This document shows, piece by piece, positions 34,149 to 42,291 of a stretch of DNA of 48,772 nt. The position numbers were made by a program, and so were the translations under genes. The stretch spans positions 1 to 48,772 of the forward strand of contig CAYTKL010000001.1 of assembly GCA_964438305.1 (NCBI GenBank), read 5' to 3'. How positions within the stretch are numbered: position 1 is the first letter of the stretch; the number at the start of each line of letters is the position of its first letter. The notes under the pieces are model-generated. The model saw nothing but the letters and a program-made list of their open reading frames with translations, ran no database searches and was not told the origin of the DNA. The stretch is from an uncultured Dehalococcoidales bacterium. Lineage in GTDB: Bacteria; Chloroflexota; Dehalococcoidia; E44-bin15.

Positions 34149-34283
34149 CCTTTCTTGTCACCTCCTCTCTAGTGTAGGTTCCCTTGGGCTAGTTTTATCC
34201 CTGCATTAATCGTCGCGCTGTACCTCCTTCCGTTTCGCCTCATTGTATGTGTCACAAAAGTCGGTAGCAGTCACTAGATGTGC

Positions 34284-34312
34284 ATTATATCACGCTTATC
34301 ATTATATGTCAA
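34284..34312 (-). promoter_or_regulatory. Consensus sigma70 promoter for the pilin gene (TTGACA-17-TATAAT with TG extension)
   Basis: On the minus strand, the -35 TTGACA is plus 34307..34312, the spacer is 17 nt, and the -10 TATAAT is plus 34284..34289. It is preceded by TGA, giving TGATATAAT. It sits in a ~330-nt AT-rich island, about 135 nt upstream of the ATG. Confidence 0.65.
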
Positions 34313-34479
34313 TAGGCTAGCAAGACAAATATTAGCGGTATAAGATAGGATATGATGACCAGAGAAATGACATAGCAAACCTAGCAGAACATCGAGATAT
34401 AGTAACTATACAAAGCAACTCATCAACAACGATAGATAATAGTAGATGATACGTAAGCCGGGCTATTGTACGAGACAGC

Positions 34480-35247
34480 TCAACCCGACAGCAGGCGCAA
34501 GAGCCAATCGGAAATGGGCTGTGCCCACAACAAGGTGACCATGGCCGCTACGGCAAGGAAGGGGCCGAAGGCGATGGCGTGCTTCCTGGTTCTTCTGCCG
34601 AATGCGAGAAGCAGGATGGCTAGCAGGCCGGCGGGCACTATGGCGAGTGCGAGGGCGAGAAGAACATGGGGGAAGCCGGTAGCCAGCCCGATAAGCCCCG
34701 CCAGTTTGACGTCGCCGCCTCCCATGCCGCCCCGCGAGAGCAGATATGGGGCTAGCAGAAGTGAGAAGCCTATTACCCCTCCCAAGAGCGCGCTCAGAAT
34801 CCCCACGCTTGGCCATTCCAATCCAGGCCAGAAAAAGGAGAAGACAAGCGCCAGGACCATCCCCGGGTACACTACCACATCGAGGATGAGGCCGTGTTCA
34901 AGGTCGGTTACAAAGATCACCAGGAAGATGCAGGCGTAGGCCAGAGCCATCGGTAGTTGTGGGGTCAGGCCATAGTGCCACGTGAGCAGGGCGAATAGAA
35001 GGGCCGTCGTCAGCTCCGTCACCGGTACCCGCAGCGAAATGCGAGCGCCACAGTGACGGCATCGACCGCGCAGCCAGAGGTAGCTGAAAAGAGGCACCAG
35101 GTCACCGAACCCGAGCCTTTGCTGGCACTGTTCGCAGTGGGAAGGGGGAGTGATAATGGAGCGCCGATGTGGCAGACGATCGCAGCACAGGTTGAGGAAA
35201 CTGCCCACAGCGAGTCCGAGTAGGGCGAAGAGGGGGATGGCTATCAT
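34480..35247 (-). CDS. pilD: Prepilin peptidase / N-methyltransferase (A24 family)
   Basis: N-terminal zinc motif CEQCQQ...CRHCGARIS, multiple TM segments and GMGGGDVKLAGLIGLATG (GxGDxK catalytic Asp block). Confidence 0.9.
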   Translation of the reverse strand: MIAIPLFALLGLAVGSFLNLCCDRLPHRRSIITPPSHCEQCQQRLGFGDLVPLFSYLWLRGRCRHCGARISLRVPVTELTTALLFALLTWHYGLTPQLPMALAYACIFLVIFVTDLEHGLILDVVVYPGMVLALVFSFFWPGLEWPSVGILSALLGGVIGFSLLLAPYLLSRGGMGGGDVKLAGLIGLATGFPHVLLALALAIVPAGLLAILLLAFGRRTRKHAIAFGPFLAVAAMVTLLWAQPISDWLLRLLSG

Positions 35248-36125
35248 AATGCCCTGAGGATGAGGCCGAGGTTCACCGCGTAGTCCGCGACGGGCAGGTC
35301 GCTTGGGCAGCGGAGCGGTGGGTGCAGCTTGGCAACGGGGTGGTCGATTGCACCGCTGGCAGCGAGTTGGAACGTCTGGTCTCCGGCTGCGGTGCCCGTC
35401 AGGTATACCGGCAGTTGCGGTGCGAGCGGGTTGTCCCGATAGTCAGTAGAGTACAAGGAGACGGCCTGCACCAGTTCCTGGCCGACGTGGCCGACCACGT
35501 GATCAATGGTGCCGGAGTCCTCGCCCAGGTAGACGCTGCGAATGACCATGGGCACACCATCGCGTACAATAGTCACGTCGACGCTGGTTGCCTCCCCGTT
35601 GGCGATGATGGCGTTCCTCTTGTTCACCGCTCGCATGAGCGCCATTGGTTTCAATTCAATGACGCTCGGCTTGAGTCCGGCTGCGTCGAAGGCTCTGAGC
35701 GAGGTGGTAAAGGGTCCCCGTGGTAGCAAGACGATGTATACACGCTGCTTGCCATTGCCGTTGGGCAATACCTGCCAACGGATGTGCCACTGCGCGGGAT
35801 GGCCGTCGGTCAGCCTCCTCACCTCTCGACGGAGTACACCGTCCAACAGCTTGCTGTTCAGAGGGGGCAGGTTGAGGATTCGCACCGTGGTGCCGAGGGC
35901 GGAGTGGGCCCAGAGAATCCTCCCCTTTGACAGCTTGCGCTCTGCGAGGGCGGCGCGGATCAGACCTCCCAACCCGGCTGGGTCAGCGACATGGCCCTTC
36001 TTGAGAAACTGGGGAGCGAAGGGTATGGTGTCCCAGGTCTCCACGGTGCGGCCGGTAGCGCTGACCACTCTCAGTGAGTTGCCTTCGATACTCAGAGCGA
36101 CGAGCCGTTTTGCTATTGCAAACAT
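35244..36125 (-). CDS. pilM: PilM-like pilus assembly protein (actin-like fold)
   Basis: 293 aa. N-terminal LVALSIEGNSLRVVS, RILNLPPL, IELKPMALMRAV and VYLTGTAAG follow the PilM layout. 4-nt overlap with pilD. It lies next to the PilN/PilO-like genes. Confidence 0.6.
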   Translation of the reverse strand: MFAIAKRLVALSIEGNSLRVVSATGRTVETWDTIPFAPQFLKKGHVADPAGLGGLIRAALAERKLSKGRILWAHSALGTTVRILNLPPLNSKLLDGVLRREVRRLTDGHPAQWHIRWQVLPNGNGKQRVYIVLLPRGPFTTSLRAFDAAGLKPSVIELKPMALMRAVNKRNAIIANGEATSVDVTIVRDGVPMVIRSVYLGEDSGTIDHVVGHVGQELVQAVSLYSTDYRDNPLAPQLPVYLTGTAAGDQTFQLAASGAIDHPVAKLHPPLRCPSDLPVADYAVNLGLILRAL

Positions 36126-36146
36126 GATTGGTGCCTCTCGCCCGGG

Positions 36147-36716
36147 CTAGGGCCGGGCATAGACGATGATATCGATGCTGATGGTCCAGTACGCCGGCTC
36201 CTCTTCGGTGGCGACGACGAACTCGATGACTACGTTCTTTATGACCGTGGTCTCGTACGGTGCGTTCACCTCCAGTTCATCGAGGAAGGCATAGAGGGCC
36301 GGCAGCTTGTCCGCGGCGGCGCCAACCTCATAAATGAAGGCTTTGTACACCGTCCCGTTGTTGTTCAGAAACACGTCGATCGGGCCCTCGGGGATGAAGC
36401 GCTGGCCCTGGACTTCAGCGTTCTGGAGCCCGTAGATCACGAGGTCGTTGACTTCGATGTTCTCCACGTCGTCGGCTTTGGGGAAAGCCGAATCATCGAG
36501 TTCTTCCTGGAGGGTGGCAAGGGCGGCTTCCAGTGCGTCCAGGTCGTACTGGTTCTCGATGCTGGCGATGTCACTTTCTACGTCGGCCATCTGTGTCTCC
36601 AGGTCGGAAGCCGCTTGCACCTGCTGCACGATGACTACGGTGAAGTATACCCCCAGTCCAATCAGGGCGACCACCGCCACCAAGAGGAGGAGCTGTAGTT
36701 GAGTCAGCTTCTTCAT
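36147..36716 (-). CDS. PilO-like bitopic pilus assembly protein
   Basis: 189 aa. Short N-terminus, one TM (LQLLLLVAVVALIGLGVYFTVVIV), a coiled-coil-like acidic segment and a small C-terminal domain. The call rests on position (between the PilN-like gene and PilM) and topology only. Confidence 0.4.
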   Translation of the reverse strand: MKKLTQLQLLLLVAVVALIGLGVYFTVVIVQQVQAASDLETQMADVESDIASIENQYDLDALEAALATLQEELDDSAFPKADDVENIEVNDLVIYGLQNAEVQGQRFIPEGPIDVFLNNNGTVYKAFIYEVGAAADKLPALYAFLDELEVNAPYETTVIKNVVIEFVVATEEEPAYWTISIDIIVYARP

Positions 36717-38200
36717 TCAGCACCTCCTGTTTGCTTGAGTGTTACAGTGATGATGAAGGCGTAGGGAGGGGTGTATCCAGTGACTTCCCAGTAGAGGTAG
36801 TCGTAGGCCTCCTCCATCGATATGGTATCGTCCTCGTTCACATCCGCGGGTCCGTTAAGTCCCTCGACGAAGTAGTAGGTGAACACCCCGTTCTCTAACA
36901 GAGGGTCTTCGTAGGAGTACTGCTCTTCGTCACAGGCGGTGAGTACCACACCCTCTATTGTCTCGTTGAGGTCCCGGGCAAAGCCGTCGCCATCACGCGG
37001 CGCAACTTCGCCGGGAGAGCCCTTGCTCGCGGCAAGGCCGTACTTGAACATGCCGCCACTGTAGCAGGTGTCGATCGCTACCAACACGGGGCTGCCAGGC
37101 AGTCCGCCAAGCCACACGCCCAGCTCATCATCCGTGATGCCCGACATTGGGTCGAAGAAGTCGAAGTCGTATGGGCAGAGGACCTCGTCGTAGTCATCGG
37201 CTTCGTCGAGCGGCATTTGGTCGGCAATGATGCCTCCGTGTCCCGAGAAGTAGAAGAAGAAAACGTCGTCGGCGTCACCGTTGGCTGCCATGTAGTCGAT
37301 GGCGTCCTCTATCCCCGACTTGGTCGCGGCATCGTCTATGAGCATAGTGATGTGGCTATCCTGCCAGTTGGGGTAGTCAAGCAGCACCTCACGTACGTCC
37401 TCGGCATCGTCGTCGGTGTAGCTCAGAGGAGTGAGACCCTGGCCCGGTGGATAGTCGGCGACTCCGACGATCACCGCCCAGTACTCCACGCCAACTGTGA
37501 CGTTGGCTGCTGTGACCAGGGTGGCTTCACCTGTCCAGTTGTCGTACATCTGGGGCGTCTGCTCCAGGTCAGCCCTTCCCCTTTCGGTAATCTGATAGGT
37601 CCACTCGATGTCCGGGTCGTAGGGAGGTGAATCGTGGAACAACTCGCTCTCAAGAAGGGCGTGAGCATACTCGGAGATGCGGATGCTGGCGTCGGTGATG
37701 CCCTCGACGACTACCTGATTGCCGTCCTGGGCGATGTAGGTCAGGTCTATTTCCGCCGGTGCCAGGTCATCGATCTCTTCCACGACGTCGGACCACGGCG
37801 CGTAGGTGAACATCTGGTCGTAGGCCTGTTCATAGTCGACCAGTGTGCTGGTCGTGCTGTCGATCTCCTCCAGCATCGACTTCGCCTGCGGTATCAGGTT
37901 GGTCTTGAGTCCACTCAGGTGGTCCTGGCGCTGCGCTAGCTCCGCCTCGAGGTCAGCTACGTGGTCCTGCTTGTCCGACATGTATCCATAGAGATTGGGC
38001 AGGTCCGGCGCAGCCTCGACCATGGCGAAGGGCAGCATCGCGTACCCTAGAATCAGAACGAGGACCACGAGGAGGATGCTGAGGTTGGGCACCGAGACGG
38101 ACAGTTGGGACTTGGCCGTGCTGTGCTTCACCTTGCCGTCAAAGAGATTGATCTCGAGCGGCGAATCTGTGCGGTCCAGAGGTTCCTGTTTGTCAGCCAT
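36713..38200 (-). CDS. PilN-like pilus assembly protein fused to a caspase-like (peptidase C14-type) domain
   Basis: - **PilN-like part (residues 1-190):** EINLFD (compare the PilN INLLP motif), TM LSILLVVLVLILGYAMLPFAMV, a coiled coil, and WSDVVEEIDDLAPAEIDLTYIAQDGNQVVVEGITDASIRISEYAHALLESELF.
- **Caspase-like part (residues ~238-470):** YWAVIVGVADY, DDVFFFYFSGHG (His321, codon 37238..37240), VLVAIDTCYSG (Cys379, codon 37064..37066) and NGVFTYYFVEGLNGPADVNEDDTISMEEAYDYL. Confidence 0.8.
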   Translation of the reverse strand: MADKQEPLDRTDSPLEINLFDGKVKHSTAKSQLSVSVPNLSILLVVLVLILGYAMLPFAMVEAAPDLPNLYGYMSDKQDHVADLEAELAQRQDHLSGLKTNLIPQAKSMLEEIDSTTSTLVDYEQAYDQMFTYAPWSDVVEEIDDLAPAEIDLTYIAQDGNQVVVEGITDASIRISEYAHALLESELFHDSPPYDPDIEWTYQITERGRADLEQTPQMYDNWTGEATLVTAANVTVGVEYWAVIVGVADYPPGQGLTPLSYTDDDAEDVREVLLDYPNWQDSHITMLIDDAATKSGIEDAIDYMAANGDADDVFFFYFSGHGGIIADQMPLDEADDYDEVLCPYDFDFFDPMSGITDDELGVWLGGLPGSPVLVAIDTCYSGGMFKYGLAASKGSPGEVAPRDGDGFARDLNETIEGVVLTACDEEQYSYEDPLLENGVFTYYFVEGLNGPADVNEDDTISMEEAYDYLYWEVTGYTPPYAFIITVTLKQTGGAE

Positions 38201-38248
38201 TGGAACGTCCTTCTAACGTAAATTAACTATAAGTGCCAGTAGTTGGCT

Positions 38249-38277
38249 ATTATATCAGATGGCTACCTAAAAGTCAA
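38249..38277 (-). promoter_or_regulatory. Near-consensus sigma70 promoter for the pilN-caspase/pilO/pilM/pilD unit (TTGACT-17-TATAAT with TG extension)
   Basis: On the minus strand, the -35 TTGACT is plus 38272..38277, the spacer is 17 nt, and the -10 TATAAT is plus 38249..38254. It carries the same TGATATAAT nonamer as the pilin promoter. It lies in an AT-rich island ~50 nt upstream of the 38200 start. Confidence 0.6.
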
Positions 38278-38458
38278 TACTTAGACCTTTAAAGATTATC
38301 TACAATGAACCACTACTCATTGTAGGCTATAGCAATGCAAACGGGCCGGGCTCCGACTCCGAGATGTGAGACTCGCCAACCTATGCCACCTCGACCTGTC
38401 GCGATGACCGATAGTTATGCGCAACCGCTGTGTCCGCCGGGCAGCGGCCTCACCAGGG

Positions 38459-40369
38459 CTAGTCGTATTGGTAGCTCAGGATACTGACCGGCAGCACGCC
38501 CGGGTCGGTGCTTGGGTCGGTGCGGAAGGAGAGGATGACGTAGATCAGGTTCCAGGAATCGACCCACGTGCCGAGGAGAACCTCGGCCTCTGTCTGGCCC
38601 GGGGTGACGTAGGGTGTCGCGTCGAAAGTGTCAATGTCCACACCGTCAATGAACTCGCCGTCGAGGCCACTGGACTTGCCGTTCCACACGTCGTCTTGGG
38701 GGTTGACCCCGTCGTAGGGGTCATCCTCGTGCGGCAGGAGGTGACCTTCGAACCGCAGGTAGTCGGAGTTGTAGGCATCGTCCCCCTCGCCGACGAAGAC
38801 GGTGAGGCGGGCCCCCTCGTCGCCGGGATCAAGCTCTGGCACGAGGAAACCCTCTATCGCGTCCAGGTACACGTTCTGGTACATCTCCATGTAGAAGAAG
38901 TCATCGTAGAGGTACATCTGGTGGGCGTTCTCGTCTTGGTGCGAATACACTACGACCAGCGACCAGCCGGCATAGGACCACTCGTCGTCGGTGGCCCAGT
39001 AGTAGCCTCTATACTGCCCGTACCACAGACCGTATTCATCATCGATGCCGTCTATTCTCCTCACCTTATAGCTGCAATTGGGGCTGTCGAGTGCGGCGAC
39101 CAGGTCGGTGACGTCGGCGCGACAGGAGAAGGCCCAGCCGTGGCCTGAGCCGTCGGAATTGGTGTTCGGCAGTATCTGTACCCGGTCGGCGTCTACGTCG
39201 ATATCGATCCAGGTTCCCCCCGACTGCTTGGTGCCCAACCGTGCCACGTCCACTTCCTCGGCGAGTTCGACAAGCTCCTCTTCTTCGTAGTCGGTGATGT
39301 CAACTGGGTACCTCCTCCACGCCGACCAGTAGAGGTAGGCCAGCTCGATACTGGCGCCTTCAGGGATATCGCTGAGAGTGGCCGTGGTGTCCTCGGCCCG
39401 GTAGAGGAGCGTTTCGCGGCGCAGGTTGCTGTTTTGGTCCTCCATCAAGCTGCTGCCGATGGCGCGATAGTCCCCGTACGCTTCGCTCAGTTCCTCGTAG
39501 ATTTCCGAGCTGCCGACAAAGGCCTGGAGGGCAACGTCCTCGTCGGTCTCTTGGTGTACTGCGGTGGACGAAACCGCGTAGAGGTCGCTGTCCACGTCCC
39601 ATGACAGATAGATGTCATGTCGAGTCGTCCGTATCCAACTGAACTCACCGCTGGGGTCAAGCGCTGGCGTGAAGTCGAAGTAGAGCAGCCTTCGGAGAGG
39701 GTACTCGAAGGAACCGCCTTCGCCGCCTCCTGGCGGAGGAAGGTCCTCGAACAGGACGCCCTCGGGGGTGGTGAACTCCCATTCGAGAGCCGTGCCCCCG
39801 CGGAAGGAACTGGCGGTGGGATTGTCAGGAACGTCCTCGTGAGTGGTGATTCCGCTGGCCGAATCGGTGATGTACGTGAAGCCGGCCGGGAGCCATGCCC
39901 CCACCTTGTCCAGCTTGAGGTTGCCGTCCAGCGAGCCGTCGTAGGTCATCTCGATCCTGAATGTCCCGCCGTCTTCCCCCATCTCGACCACGTGGCTCAC
40001 GACGGCCAACTCGTCGTGAGGGACTGTCCCGTAGATTGGGGTCTCCAGGCCATCCAGTATCCAGACGGCCTCGATGCTGACCTCCACCTCGCAGCCGTTG
40101 ACGTCCTGTATGGTGTACACCCAGGGGTCGTCCCCGTACTCCGGAAGGTCGTCGTGCTGGTTTTGCACCTTGTGAGCCGCATCCTCGACGCCGGCATCAG
40201 CGGCGTAGAACTGCGACGTCCATTCCTGGTGTCGCTGGGCGCTGCGCATTCCCGATGCCATGAAGACCAGGAGCGGCACCACCACGATGCTCACCATGAG
40301 CACAAGTATAAGGACGAAGGAGAGCACGTAGCCGTCCTCATTGTGCCGCAGCCTCACAATCCTGTTCAT
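38459..40369 (-). CDS. Large PilX/GspK-like minor pilin-like protein with a big C-terminal domain
   Basis: 636 aa. The N-terminus EDGYVLSFVLILVLMVSIVVVPLLVFMASGMRSAQRHQEWTSQFYAADAGVEDA follows the PilX N-terminal pattern (hydrophobic helix, then a QAFYAAEAG-like block). The C-terminal half (YLYWSAWRR, WSLVVVYSHQDE, LTVFVGEGDDAYNSDYLRFEGH, DVWNGKSSG, DIDTFDATPYV) reminds me of DUF3344-type domains, from memory and unverified. Confidence 0.55.
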   Translation of the reverse strand: MNRIVRLRHNEDGYVLSFVLILVLMVSIVVVPLLVFMASGMRSAQRHQEWTSQFYAADAGVEDAAHKVQNQHDDLPEYGDDPWVYTIQDVNGCEVEVSIEAVWILDGLETPIYGTVPHDELAVVSHVVEMGEDGGTFRIEMTYDGSLDGNLKLDKVGAWLPAGFTYITDSASGITTHEDVPDNPTASSFRGGTALEWEFTTPEGVLFEDLPPPGGGEGGSFEYPLRRLLYFDFTPALDPSGEFSWIRTTRHDIYLSWDVDSDLYAVSSTAVHQETDEDVALQAFVGSSEIYEELSEAYGDYRAIGSSLMEDQNSNLRRETLLYRAEDTTATLSDIPEGASIELAYLYWSAWRRYPVDITDYEEEELVELAEEVDVARLGTKQSGGTWIDIDVDADRVQILPNTNSDGSGHGWAFSCRADVTDLVAALDSPNCSYKVRRIDGIDDEYGLWYGQYRGYYWATDDEWSYAGWSLVVVYSHQDENAHQMYLYDDFFYMEMYQNVYLDAIEGFLVPELDPGDEGARLTVFVGEGDDAYNSDYLRFEGHLLPHEDDPYDGVNPQDDVWNGKSSGLDGEFIDGVDIDTFDATPYVTPGQTEAEVLLGTWVDSWNLIYVILSFRTDPSTDPGVLPVSILSYQYD

Positions 40370-40471
40370 TGGCGTACTCCTCTCGGGTCGGGCAAACCCC
40401 TGTGGCCCGCAGGTTTCGCAGCGCGTCGATGGCTACCGCCAGCCTCGCAAGGCGAGCAAGCCCCATCCCCG

Positions 40472-41884
40472 CTATTCCGCCGTCCCTGTCACCCGCAGCG
40501 TCCAGGTGTCTATATGGCCGATGTCCCACCTAGCGTAGTCTCGGACAGACAGCTTCCATTCCCCCTGGGATTGCTTGCCGTTGAAGGTCGATATGTAGTT
40601 GTACCACCGGTAGATGTTGTCGGCACCGCCACCTGACTGGTTGTGCAGCATCTCGTAGGTGCCGTCGGGATGTATCACCGCTACCTGCAAGTCGCCGATG
40701 TAGGTGTGTTGAATGCCGACGTACACGTCGATGTTGGTTATGGTCAGATTGTCACCGCCGGGGACGGTAATGAGGCTGTCGACCCATCCATTGCGGTCGG
40801 GGATGAACACATCCTGATCGTTGGTGTACGTGAAGGTCTGCGGCCCAGGTGTGGGAGTGGGCGTGGGTGTGGCTGTCGGCGTAGGAGTTGGTGTGGGTGT
40901 GGGAGGGGGAGTGGGCGTGGGCGTAGGAGTTGGTGTGGGCGTGGGCGTAGGAGTCGGTGTGGGCATAGGAGTTGGAGTTGGTGTGGGCATAGGTGTAGGG
41001 GTTGGAGTGGGTGTGGGCATGGGAGTCGGAGTCGGTGTGGGCGTAGGCATAGGTGTTGGAGTTGGTGTGGGCATAGGCGTAGGCGTAGGAGTAGGCGTGG
41101 GGGTAGGTGTTGGTGTGGAGGGAGGTGATGGGGTGGCGACGGGTACGGGCAACCCGGTGAAGGGCCTCGGTTCGATATCGTAGATTCTCGTTGCGACCTG
41201 GTCGCCGACGTGGGCGGTGACTACCAGTCTCAAGACGTAGTTGTCCCAGTAGGCGTTGGTCTGCGGCATGCAACTGACCTCTGTACCGCTTGGGTGAGCC
41301 GCCGACGTGGTGCCGTAGGCCCCCCGTGTGCAGTCGACGAATGTGGTGGTCGTCTTGCCTCCGAACTCGATCAACTCGTCCTCGATGAGCAGGACTCCCG
41401 ATGTCGGGAAGTCACTCGTGCTTGACACGGTAACGGTAGTATCCTCCTCATCCATCGCTTGGCTGAGCAGTGCGCCGTATGCGGTTGTGTCAAGATAGTC
41501 GGCAACGGCGGTGTCCTCCTGCAACTCGCCATTGATGGAGTAGGCGCGCCTCAGTTCTCTGCTGCCGTCGGTGCCGTCAGTCAGGGTGTAGACTGCCTGG
41601 TACAGGTCGCCATACCAATCGGCCCAGTAGAAGGCGAGGAAGTCCTCGGTCGCAGGGTCATAGTCCACCACGACCTGCTGAGCTCCGACTGCGTCGTGAC
41701 TGACCCAATAGCCGGCGTGCTGCACCTGTCGGTAGGCGGTCATGTGGTCTCTATTGAGTCGGGAAGTGAGGAACAACTGGTATGCGGCCACGGTGACGGC
41801 GGAAGCGATGATACTGCCTATCAGCATGACGATGATAAGCTCGACGAAAGTGAAACCCTTTTGACCCGTTCTGCTGACCATCAC
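40472..41884 (-). CDS. Pseudopilin (GspJ/PilW-like N-terminus) with (TP)n linker and C-terminal proprotein-convertase P-domain
   Basis: - **Prepilin N-terminus:[10 protein letters not shown] then [20 protein letters not shown].
- **Linker (residues ~247-346):** almost pure TP/MP repeats.
- **C-terminal ~120 aa:[105 protein letters not shown] matches the P_proprotein domain pattern. Confidence 0.8.
   Translation of the reverse strand: MMVSRTGQKGFTFVELIIVMLIGSIIASAVTVAAYQLFLTSRLNRDHMTAYRQVQHAGYWVSHDAVGAQQVVVDYDPATEDFLAFYWADWYGDLYQAVYTLTDGTDGSRELRRAYSINGELQEDTAVADYLDTTAYGALLSQAMDEEDTTVTVSSTSDFPTSGVLLIEDELIEFGGKTTTTFVDCTRGAYGTTSAAHPSGTEVSCMPQTNAYWDNYVLRLVVTAHVGDQVATRIYDIEPRPFTGLPVPVATPSPPSTPTPTPTPTPTPTPMPTPTPTPMPTPTPTPTPMPTPTPTPTPMPTPTPTPMPTPTPTPTPTPTPTPTPTPPPTPTPTPTPTATPTPTPTPGPQTFTYTNDQDVFIPDRNGWVDSLITVPGGDNLTITNIDVYVGIQHTYIGDLQVAVIHPDGTYEMLHNQSGGGADNIYRWYNYISTFNGKQSQGEWKLSVRDYARWDIGHIDTWTLRVTGTAE
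40848..41130. repeat. Coding tandem repeat, (ACN CCN)n encoding the TP/MP linker
   Basis: The plus strand reads GGTGTGGGNGTNGG-type hexanucleotide repeats. Periodic CAT (Met) codons define 24-30-nt higher-order units. Confidence 0.9.
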
Positions 41885-42291
41885 CGGTCCACCTTGTACT
41901 CGGATACTGAGAATACCTGCTCGCCGCCAGCGGCGATTGTCACGGTTACCTGCTGAATCCCCTCGTCGTCGCCAGTGCCGTTTTCGCTGGGGTCGAGACG
42001 CACCGCGGTTACCTGCACCGCGAAGTTGTTGTTGTACGGGTCAGAGCTCAGGTCGATGTCCGGGTCGACAGCGTACTGAGGTGGGTTGTTGAGTTCGTCA
42101 TAGGAGCAGAGCTTGATGTACTCAAGTTCGGCCCGGGCCAGGCTCTCCGCTATGGTGCGGTCATTGACGTCGTCGGTCGTCTTGTAGGTGATGTGCATAG
42201 CAGTAAGAAGGCTGCTCACCACTACGCCGAGGATAGTCATAGCGATGATGACCTCGAGCAGAGTCTGCCCTTTCTGATCCCTGATTCTCAT
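41881..42291 (-). CDS. Minor pseudopilin (GspI/PilV-like)
   Basis: MRIRDQKG then [21 protein letters not shown] (Glu at +5, hydrophobic helix). 136 aa. 4-nt overlaps with both neighbours. Confidence 0.7.
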   Translation of the reverse strand: MRIRDQKGQTLLEVIIAMTILGVVVSSLLTAMHITYKTTDDVNDRTIAESLARAELEYIKLCSYDELNNPPQYAVDPDIDLSSDPYNNNFAVQVTAVRLDPSENGTGDDEGIQQVTVTIAAGGEQVFSVSEYKVDR

